This document shows, piece by piece, positions 1-9,639 of a stretch of 64,000 nt of DNA. How positions within the stretch are numbered: the first letter of the stretch is position 1; each line of letters begins with the position of its first letter. The stretch covers positions 61,808 through 125,807 of the forward strand of contig QPMI01000008.1 of the NCBI GenBank assembly GCA_004431415.1, read 5' to 3'. The position numbers were made by a program, and so were the translations under genes. Source of the stretch: Cyanophora paradoxa CCMP329 (Eukaryota > Plantae > Glaucophyta). The notes beneath the pieces were generated by a model that did not search any database, had not been told where the DNA came from, and saw only the letters and a program-made list of their open reading frames with translations.

Positions 1-296
1 TCGGAACGTCGAGCTCCTCAGCGTCCCACAGCCGCGATCCGCCGATCATGATCATCCGCGCCCCGAGCCCCGCCGGAGCATTGAAATACGCGCCCCAAGT
101 CCAAAGCCTCGGCCCCGCGATCACTGTTGTGCGCAACAAAAACAACTGGGGCTGAATTGAAAAGTACTCTGAATACAAAGTATAAACAAACAATTGCAAG
201 TACATATCAAGAAATGCAAATACAATTTACTGGGCGCTGCGGATTAGAAAGATCAGACGTATTACTGGACGCTGCAGATTAGAAAGAGTAGACGCG

Positions 297-368
297 TCAC
301 TGGACGCTGCAGGACTTCTCCTCATCGGCGGTTGGCGGCGGGAGAGGCGCCGGCAGCGACGCGAACGG
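297..368 (-). other. Duplicated (candidate alternative) terminal exon of the SAM-TIR gene, PFASLPAPLPPPTADEEKSCSVQ*
   Basis: Near copy of exon 660-583 with its own CAG acceptor (371-369), the same phase and the same stop. Confidence 0.6.
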
Positions 369-455
369 CTGTCTCATCGAGCGGCAGCGGTAGCGGCTGT
401 CTCAATCCGTTCGCGGCAGCTCGATGAGACAGCCGTTCGCGTCGTTGCTGGCGCC
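346..455. repeat. 37-bp inverted repeat (arms 346-382 and 419-455)
   Basis: ggcgccggcagcgacgcgaacggctgtctcatcgagc versus the reverse complement of 419-455: 2 mismatches. Confidence 0.85.
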
Positions 456-582
456 AACGTTAACGGCAGTCTGGATTGGAGCGGCAGCAGCCCCCCGCTT
501 TGACGGGGCTCCGGTCTGGAGCGGGAGCCCCCCGCGGCCGCCTCGAGAGAAAGAGAGGAAGATAGGAGAAAGACCAGAGGCG

Positions 583-2378
583 TCACTGGACGCTGCAGGA
601 CTTCTCTTCCCCCGCGGCCGGCGTCGGCGGCGGGAGGGGCGCTGGCAGCGACGCGAAGGGCTGCCGAGGCGCCATCAGCTCGAGATGCAGGGCAAGGGGG
701 AGGGCAGCGCCCTCTGACCTTCGTGTTGGCGACGGCGGCGTCGATGTGGCTGCAGAGGCGCGCGATGCACTCCTCCTGCATGCTGTTGTGGAAGAAGAGG
801 GCGTTGTGGCGCGGGAAGTTCGCCATGTCGGGCGGCAGGCCGGCCGTCGACGGGAAGCGCTCCTGCGGGTCGTCCACCACCGGGATGATCGCCTGCGTGG
901 ATTGCGGCCGGCATAAATACACGATATGGATCTCTCAGGTCTGCGCGCGCGGTTCACGGGCGCCGCGAGTTCAACTCTGATAGTTTTAGCCATGCAGCGC
1001 TGGCTCCGCAGACCTTGCCGAGGTGGCACGCCTCCGCGATCTCGCGGCGCACCCTGCGCGCGGCCAGCGGTCAGAGGAGTGGAAAGAGCGACTCGGCCCC
1101 AGCCACAGCCCGTGCACGCACCAGTCCTCGAGCTCCTTGCAGCGCTCGAGGGTGCCATCAACGAGGATGAAGACTGCGGGGCGGGCTAAGGGAGAGCTAT
1201 CCACGATCAACGCAGAGCCGGACCGTCGCAGCAGGAGGCGCGGAGGGATTCGAGGATCTTCGAGTCGAAGACGCCGCCCTGCAGCGACCGCACGTCGAAG
1301 AAGACCTTGTAGCTGTCGGAGAAAGTCCAGGCGTGAGCCTCGGAGAGAAGTGGGGCGAGTTCGAAGGCGGACCCGTGGCTCTCGAGGGCCTTGCAGAAGA
1401 GAGAGGCGAGGTAGTTCTTGCCCCCCATCCGCCGGTACGTGATGCTGCGCCCTGTTAGCGAGCTCATCTAACAGCTTACGTCAGGTGGATGCGCACAAGA
1501 CGTGGTACTCGTAGCCGGGAGGGAGGGGCGGGACGCGCGAAGCGGGGCCGTAGCCGGGCGCTGCACCGTAACCCGGCGTGGGGCTGTAGCCAGGAGCTTG
1601 GCCGTACCCAGGCCCGGGGCCGTAGGCTGGGGGCGGGGTGGCGGAGATGTGGCCGCCGCGGAGGGCGGCGATCTCGGCGAGGAGGCGGTGGCGGGCGCCA
1701 AAGTGCGGGACGCCCATCCGCTCGAGCTCGCCGTCGCCCAGGGCGAGGAGGGCGACGCCGTTCGTGTAGCGGAAGGCCCCCGCGAACCTGCTCCCGCCTC
1801 AGGTTTCCGGAGGGGTTCGGGGTTTCTCCTCAGGCAGTGCTGAGCGGGGCGGCGCGGCGCACTCGGCGATCTGGCCGCGGGAGCGGACCCACGCGACGAC
1901 GTCCTCCTCGCTCCAGGAGCGCACGTCGCCAGCCGGGGGGGCCGCGGGGGCGCCGGCCGGGCGCCTGCTGGGGCGCGCTGCGGGGCGGGCTCGCGTCGGG
2001 GGAAGGGAAGCACGGGCGGGGGTACACGGACTGGGAGCTGGAGCGGCCGAGGCGGCGGGCGGGGCGGGGCGCGGGGCGGGGGCGGCCTGCGGTGGCTGGG
2101 TGAGGGGCGCGGCCGCGGGGGCGGGGCGGCGGGGCGCACCACGGGGGCGGGGGCGTGGGCGGGGAGGGAGCGGAGGTAGGGCACGACGGCGGCGCACTGG
2201 GCTCTACCACCAAACGGCGCGGCGGACGGGCTCGGGCCACGAGTCCACGACGGGGTTGCCGTGCACCCTCAGCTCCTGCAGGGCGGCGAGGCGGCCGATC
2301 TCCGGTGGCAGCGCCGTCAGCCGGTTGCGAGCCATCCATAGCACCTCCAGGTTCGGCCCCCTTGTCAGCTTGGCGAGC
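583..2378 (-). CDS. LRR(partial, frameshifted)-SAM-TIR protein with C-terminal CaaX; SARM1-like TIR NADase; multi-exon, 5' end unresolved
   Basis: GT-AG splicing gives SAM 'DVRSWSEEDVVAWVRSRGQIAEFAGAFRYTNGVALLALGDGELERMGVPHFGARHRLLAEIAALR', PGYG repeats, then TIR 'YHVFITYRRMGGKNYLASLFCKALESHGYKVFFDVRSLQGGVFDSKILESLRASCCDVFILVDGTLERCKELEDWVRREIAEACHLGKAIIPVV...LPPDMANFPRHNALFFHNSMQEECIARL'. Last exon 660-583 ends EEKSCSVQ*. LRR 'LEVLWMARNRLTALPPEIGRLAALQELRVHGNP' lies at about 2250-2350. Confidence 0.85.
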
Positions 2379-4992
2379 ATCGACAATATGCGCCTGCCCG
2401 CGCCAAATGCGCGCACCTTCGTTCTCTTGTACAGAAGACGACGTCAGAACTCTGGACGTTCCCCGATTACCGGTCAATCTTCGACCGTGCCCGTGCTGCC
2501 TGCAATGTCGCTCAATATCAGCGATTGTAGCCGAATGAGCGCGAACGATCGAGCCTAGCAGCTGAGAGAAGCTGCGGCTTCGCGCACCTTCTCCGACCGA
2601 TACTGGGGTACGGTCGCACCTATCGCCTCGTGGTCGACGGCGGCTAATATCCAGCAGTTTGGAGGACGCAGAGAGCGCACGCCTGCTAGATCAAGACAGA
2701 TCTATCTAGACAGCCTGTTTGCCCGCGATGGCGAGCGATCGATGGCGTAGGGCCGAGCGCTGCCCATGGCCAGCCCGCGCTCGGGTATGCGTAGCTTACG
2801 CGCCTCCATGCCGCGGCCGACGCGCCTCCCGACTCAGAAATCGCGAAGGTAGACTCGCGCGAGAGATACTCGAGCGCCGGCCCGGGGCGGCCTTGGCTTG
2901 GCAGGCGGCGGCGGCGGCGGCGGCGGCGGAGGCGGTTTGCCAGCGCCGGGCGCTTTTCCTCGCCCAATGTGCATGGCCTGGCCTCCTCGCCTCGCCTCCT
3001 CCCCACGCCGGCCTCTTCCTTCCCCGGGGCCCAGCCCATTGCAGTCGGGCTCCGCCGCCCGTCCGCCGGAGAATACCTCGCGATCGAGGGCCTCCCGCGC
3101 GCCCGGCGCCGGCCCGACTCCCTGTTCCGGAGCTCGCGGATCAGATTTTGAGGTGAAAAGGCAGTGGAGAGCACTAGGCGTGCCCGCGGAAGCGGGCGGT
3201 GTCCCATCTAGCCGTCCCGGAGAGCGCGGCGCGCGCCGACACGGACTGTCGCTCGGGCGCCCTGCGCCGCCCGCCGGAGGCCCCGCCCGGCCGTCGCTCC
3301 GCCCCGCCCCGCCTCCGCGGCCCGCCGTCTCGGCCGCTCCATCTTCCCCGACAGCGAGAGCGCCGGCGAGGTGCGCGCCGTATCTATGCCGGGGTGCGCG
3401 GTACCCCCTTCCCTCAAAAGCGCCTGTTAAGCTCCTCCCCCCTCCCCCCCCTCCTTCCCCCCCCCCCCCCCCCCACCTCCCCCCCTCACCCCCTATAGCT
3501 AGGGCCCCGACCCCGCCGGCCCGCGAGGTGCGCGCATTTATGCGCCCGGAGAACCGAAGCACCGAAGCACGCCTAGCGCCTCTGCCACGCCCGGCCGCCC
3601 GAGGGCCGTACCCCGCCCCGCCCCGCCCGCCCCTCAGCCCCCTTGGCCCCGCCCCCGCCGCTGACTCGGCCCGCCATCTCGGGTGGCCCTGTCCTCGGCC
3701 GTTCCTTCCCTCTCCTCGGCCTCTGCCGTCCCGCTCCCCGCCGGCGCCCTCCGCCCCGCCTCCGGATCCAAGGCTGGGGCCTTGGTCCTCCCAAGGCTGG
3801 GCCGGCTACTAGGCTGGGCCTGACGGGGCCAAGCCGGCGGACAGGGGGCCGAGTGGGACGCCTCCCCAGTACCCGCGCCCCGCTCCCCGCCCCCCGTCGC
3901 CCGCTCCGAGGCTCCCGGAGTCCCTCCTCTCGTTTCCGGCCCCGGTCCGGCCAGGCCCCGCCCGCCCCGCCCCCCCCGCCCTTCAAGGCTCTTGCGCTTA
4001 GAGCTCCCCTGGGCCTCGTGAAAGGCGGCCGGCGCCGGCGCCGGCGCCGCGCCTCCCAGGCTCGGCCCGCCTTCGAATTCCCCTGCGGCGGGCCGGGGCC
4101 CCATGGGCCAGCTAGCTCGGTGAGCCGCGCCCCGCCTCCCCCCTCCTCCTCTCGCAACGGCCGCGGCCCCGCCCCGTCGACGTCACTCCAGACTAGAAAG
4201 CTCCAGACTAGCTCCTGGCCTGGCGGCCCTATAGCCCTATAGCCCTGTACCCCCGTACTACTGTATTCTCAGTCTACCTGTACCCCTCAATATACCACCT
4301 TGCCAGCTATTAGGCCATCATGGCATCGATATCTAGCCTGACAACAGTAATAGCTGCACTACTAGGCCTAGGCTATAGCTAGGCCCTGACCCTCAGGGCC
4401 TGAGGCCTGCGCATGCCACTCCAAGTCCTGACCACATCATTGAGTCACAAGAATTCAGGATTCTAAAGTGATCATGAGGATACATTATGACCTGTACGTA
4501 TACAGACAGGCGTCAATAGTGTAACTACGCCGTGACGAGTGCTAGTACTGATCATCGGGTCATGAGCTACTAGGATTAGATCTCCCCCCGGCCCCGCCTC
4601 ACTGAGTCAAGCTCTCCGCGGCTGGCCGACGGGGCCCCGCCCCGGCCGCGGGCCTCCGAGGCTCGAGGACCTTGAAAACCTCTATGCTGCGCTCCAGCGG
4701 GAAGGGTGCTCAGCGGCTTATTAGACGCTCAAGATCAAGCTCACAGGCTCACTGAGTCAGGAAACTATTAGTATAAGCTACTAAAACCAATTGTCACAGT
4801 GTTTCATGATCAGGCGCTCAGGGTCCGCCTTCGGGGGCGGGCGCCGGCGCCCCCTCTGCCGCAGCCGCTGAGCCGCCGCCTCAGCCCCGAGGACCTCGAC
4901 GCTGCGCTCAGTGACGTACGAGCTTTAGGTCCCTTCTCGAGGCAAATCGCCACCTGACTAACAACTATAACTAATTTCTAATTGATTCATGA

Positions 4993-7900
4993 TTAAGCGT
5001 TCAGGGTCCGCTCCCCGGGCCCGGGGGCGGGAGCCCCCTCCTCGGCCCCGAGGACCTCGACGCTGTGCTCGAGGGGGAAGCCGGCCCCGTCGACCCGCGC
5101 CCGCACCGCCAGCTGCAGGAGCGCGGGGCGCACCCCGGGTCCCCGCAGCGCCGCCGCGCGCGCCGCGACCGAGGCCGAGGCCGCCTCGTAGGCCGCGCGC
5201 CCCTGCGGGAACCGCCATCCTCCCCCTCCTCCTCCCCCTCCCCCCTCATCGTCCGAGGAGGAGGAGCTTGAGGGCCCGAGGGGGCAGCGGGCGACGCGGC
5301 GGAGGCCCGAGGGGTCCCCGAGGAGGCCCGCGAGCGCCGCCGGCCGCAGGAGGGCCCTCAGCGGCGGCGGGTGCGGCGCCCCATCGCCGCCCGAAGGATC
5401 GCTATCGCTCAGCAGCGCCTGCGCGGGCGCAGAGTCGGCGCGGAGGGTGGGGTGGGGGCGGGAGTTTCGGAGCTCATTTTTTGGACTCTCGAGTTCAGGG
5501 GGAGGAGGGAGGAGACCGGGGGAGAAACTAGGCTCTAGTTCTGAGCTCAAAGCTTATGTTTGTTTTAGAGCTGTGAGCTCGAAAAGCGCGCACGAAGGCG
5601 GGGCGGAACTCCCACCGAACCGCCTCCTCGGCGCTGAGGGGCGGGGGGCACGCCCCGCAGCCGTAGATCCCCTGCGACCGAAGTCACCGAGTCAGCGGTG
5701 GTTGGAGGGGATAAGGCGTAGAGAAGTAGCCTAAGGGGGCTGAGGTGTGTGCGTACCTCGGGGCAGGGCTCGACGGCGCGGCCGCAGCGGGGGCAGGCCG
5801 CGCGGACGGCCCGGTACGCCGCCGGTACCCCCTCATCGTCCACGCCGAAGCCTGCGCGGGAGGGGGGGGGGGGGGGGGGGGGATCAAGAAGGGGTCCGGC
5901 GTTCAGGGAGGGAACGCGCGCACCGTCGCCGGTCCAGGGTACGTCGTCAGGCAGGCGGAGAAAGGAAACCAGGGCGGGTACGCGGACGAGGCCGGACGGG
6001 GGCAGCGCGGCAAGGGAGGGGTACTCGACGAAGGGAGGGGGGCCGAAGGCGGCGACGAGGCGGGCGGCGGCGGGGTCGGCGGGCGAGAGGGGCGCCGCGG
6101 CAGTCCGGGGGGTACAATGCAGGTGCGGCCGCCCCGCCGGGAGGTGAGGGTCCCTGCGCTTTCCCTCGGCGGGGGGCAGGGGAGGGGAGGGGAGGAAGCG
6201 GGCGGGCAGTACGCGCGCTCGGCACTGGAGGTACTGGAGCTCGACGAGGGTACCCGGGCACAGGAGGGGGAGAAGCCGAGCCACGCCCTCCTCCCACCTG
6301 CGCGCCGTCCGATGAGCATAGAGGGGGGGACACGGGAAGCGGGGGGAGGCAGGTGGAGGGGGGGCGGGGGGTACAGGTGGAGGCAGACGGGCCGGTCGGG
6401 GGTATCGGCGACGACCACAGTCACGCGGAGCCGCCTGCGGCGGCCGCTCTGGCCGGATGCCGGCGGAGGGGCCTGCGGCAGGCGCGGCGCGGCTGCGCAG
6501 GTCACCGGAGGGAAGGGCGAGGGGAGGGGAAGGGACGGGGGTACCGAGGACGCGGACGCGGACGTGGAGGAGGGTATCGGGCTGGAGGGCGGCCAGGGAG
6601 GGGGCGAAGTCGACGGGGCCGCGGGGCGGCGGGCGGGGGCGCGGGGGGCCGGCGGCGGGCCGCAGGAGGGGCGCGTGGTGCTCGGCGGCCCACGTTGCAA
6701 GCCCGTCGACAACCTGCGAACGAAGTCAAGCCGGGAGGGCGCCCGGACATTCGACGACAACGAGCCTCGGGGTCAGGCGGCGGGTGCAGCGGCCGGCCGT
6801 ACGGCTCCGGGGCTCGCTCGGGGCCCGTCCGCAGCCTCCGGAGGACCCTCGCGTCCGAGGCCCGACCTGCGGCCCGCGCTCGCCACGCGCTGAGGGGGGT
6901 ACACGGCACGAGCACGCGCCCACGTTGCCTGTGACCTGAGGGCGCGGGTCAGGTGAGATCCGCCAGGCGCGGCGCCCCCGCCCCCCGCACCTGGCCCTGC
7001 CACTCCTTCAGAGCCACGCTGAAGACCTGGAGCACGTCGCCGGGCCACAGGCGCTGCGCCCAGGCCGCTCCCGCCCGCCAGAACGTCAGCTGCGGCGGGC
7101 GCGGCGTCAGCGTGGCGCGCGCGGGGGAACGGTCTCCCGGGGGAACGGACGCGGAGGCGTTCGCCGGACCGGTCCGCGACGATGACGTTGGACGTGGAGA
7201 CGTGCTCCGAGCCGCAGAGGACCGCTTGCTCGGGGAAGATCTGAGAGGAGCGTTCGCCCGGCGGACGGGCGGACGGGCGGGCGGTGGCGCGGGCGGCGGG
7301 CGGGAGCGCGGGTGGGGCGCGGGGCGTGCCTGCATGACCACACCGAGGACCGCGGCTTGCTCTCCCGCCCGCAGGTCCGCGAGCGTACGAGGCCGCTTCG
7401 CCGCCGGCGGCGTCGCCCCGCGGGCCCCACCGGCCGCTTCGCCCCGGCGGCGGCGCCGGGGCGCCGGGGGCGGAAGCGGGGCCGGCCGGCGGGCCCGAGC
7501 GGCTCCTCTCCGGCGTGGTGACGGTGCACGGCACGGCGGCGCGGGCCGCCGGGAGGCTGCAGCTGGACGCGCGGGCGGGCGGAGGCGCGGAGAGAGGCTC
7601 CGGCTCCGGCGGCGGGCCGGGCGGCGGCTCCGCCGGTGGCTCTGGTGCTGCTGCAGCAGCAGCGGCCGCTGCGGCGATGTCGTACTCCTCCAAAAGGCGG
7701 AGCGAGAGCTCCTGCAAGGCCTCGTACTCCTCCGCGTCGCTGTCGCGCGGCGGCGCCGCCTCCTGCTCCGCCGCACGGGCGGCGGCGGGCGACCGCGCCG
7801 GCGACGGCAGCCGCCGCGCCGGCGAACTCTCTCGCGCAGGCGACGCCGGCAGCGAGCCGCCCGCTGCATCCGCTGGGCCGACGCCGGGCCGCGCGTGGGT

Positions 7901-8030
7901 TCCAGGATCGAGCGCTTTCGCGTCTCCCGCCTCGACCCCAGGATCGCCGGGGTGCTCGTCGTCGGGGAGAGACGGGTCCAGCTCCAGTTCGAGCTCGCCT
8001 GCGCCGCCCTGGTCGCCCTCGTCGGCTGCT
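4993..8030 (-). CDS. SHLD2/FAM35A (shieldin subunit 2)-like triple OB-fold protein, copy A; start codon unresolved
   Basis: OB-A 'NVIVADRSGERL.LTFWRAGAAWAQRLWPGDVLQVFSVALKEWQG'; OB-B 'VTVVVADTPDRPVCLHL...LVELQYLQCR...HLHCTPRTAAAPLSPADPAA'; CPRCG zinc knuckle; C-terminus 'LLQLAVRARVDGAGFPLEHSVEVLG'. Motifs occur in the same order as in SHLD2 (recalled). Confidence 0.7.
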
Positions 8031-8059
8031 CAGCTATCCCGAGCTCAAAGCGAGCCGAG

Positions 8060-9520
8060 CAATGAACGACCCGCTGGCCGCCCTCACCTGCGCCACCTAC
8101 CTCCGCTGGGCGGCGAGTGACGCCGAGGTAACGGCGAGGTTGCAGAGGGGGCACCCTAATTTCGCGGCGTCATCTCCGCTGCGAGTGAAGCCCCACGTGC
8201 ACGGCGAGCTGTCTCGTTGGTCTCAAGCACTCCTGGAAGATCTCTCAGCGCCGCGCGGCCCCCGCAGCCGCCCTGCTCTCCACAAACTTGTCCCCGTGCG
8301 AGCCCGCCGAGCCTCGTTGAGCCAGCCGAGTCTTCCCAGAAGCCAACTCCCCAAACACCAGGCCGCTGAACTTCTGCCCCCCGCGTGCTCCACATGCTTC
8401 GTGCCTCCGTTGCACTTGTCAACTGCAGCCGCGTGCACGTGGTGCGCTCACGGCTCGAGTTGAGAATGACGCCTTTGCACAACTTGGTCCCCAAACGCAT
8501 CGCATCTGCACAGCCCGCATCTTCAACTGCAACCTTGCGTGACTGTGAGCTCCCCAATGCCCATTCCTGGCCTTCGAATTGAGTTTGCAAGCCTTTTTCC
8601 ACGATGTTTAATGTTAGCATGCAGATGGTGAAATCGTGGGCTCGTTGCGCAAGGCCCTCGCCTGCAAGGACCCAAATGAGCGAGCGCTTCTGGTGGCTGT
8701 GGTGCTCTTTATATCGATTGCCCGCTTCGGCCTTTTCGGGCGGCGGTATGCTTAAACAGAACTCTGCAGTCTCTTGAACAAGTGGTTCACTTCTCCAACC
8801 GCGAGGTTCTGCAAGCAATCAGCAGCTCGAACTCTCAGCTGATGAACGAGGTGCGGTGCTTTCCACGCGTTGTGCGCGAGACACGGCTAAGCTCCGAAAC
8901 CAGATTGGCAAGACAAAGAATGAGATGGGGGAGATGCGGGTCGAGGTGAGATGTTTTGACCGCTTTGTGCAGATGAGGGACACGGCTAAGCTCTAAGCCA
9001 GATGGGAACGATGAAGAACGAGTTGGAGGGCCGGGTGAGATGCTTTGACCGCGTTGTTCGCGGGCGGGACACGGCTAATCAGCAAGCCAGATGGGAAACA
9101 TGAAGAACGATGTGGAATGGATCTCCAGCGGATTCAAGGTTCGAGACTTGCTTTTATGCTCGTTTCGTCCAGTCCAAGCTGACGAGTGCATGCCAGATAC
9201 TGCTTGGTGCAGTGACCTTGCTCGGCGTCGGCGCCATCGGCACGACTGCGCAGTCGTGCGTTTCTGTTCATTGCTTACTTTCTTTTTTTTGTCTTCTGAG
9301 TCGGTCGCGCATACAGCGTTCTCGATTGGATTCGCTCCTTAATGCGATCATAAGCTCTGCTCCACCCCTCTTTTCTTTCTTCTCCGCTTCGTGTTTTGGG
9401 AGCCTGGACAAAGTGACGAGATCTAGGCCTGCGAGCGCTCGTTCGAAGGACCGGAAGGTCTTGGAGCTTCTGGTGGGTAATGCAATGCACTGGACCTGCA
9501 CTTGTGCAGTTGTATTGTAG
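8060..9520 (-). CDS. Hypothetical multi-exon protein in a lower-GC segment; includes a CPLC motif near 8140; may be 5' exons of SHLD2-like copy A
   Basis: Non-repetitive open frames (8156-8818, 9150-9245, 9280-9500) joinable by GT-AG introns. No family recognised. Confidence 0.35.
8870..9115. repeat. Three diverged tandem units of about 90-98 bp inside a predicted intron
   Basis: 'gacacggctaa...ccagat(t/g)gg...aagaa.ga' recurs at about 8880, 8978 and 9068. Confidence 0.7.
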
Positions 9521-9639
9521 CAAAATTTGCAATTGTGAGGTTGTATAGTAGCAAGGGATCTTGAGCTTGCATTCGATATTCGCAGCTTGTTTAGTATTCG
9601 GATCGAACATGCAATATAATTGCAATACATGAACATGCA

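Noticed and set aside
8870-9115. Repeat-spacer-like pattern suggesting CRISPR
   Set aside because: Whole units are similar (no unique spacers), the context is a eukaryotic intron, and there are no cas genes.
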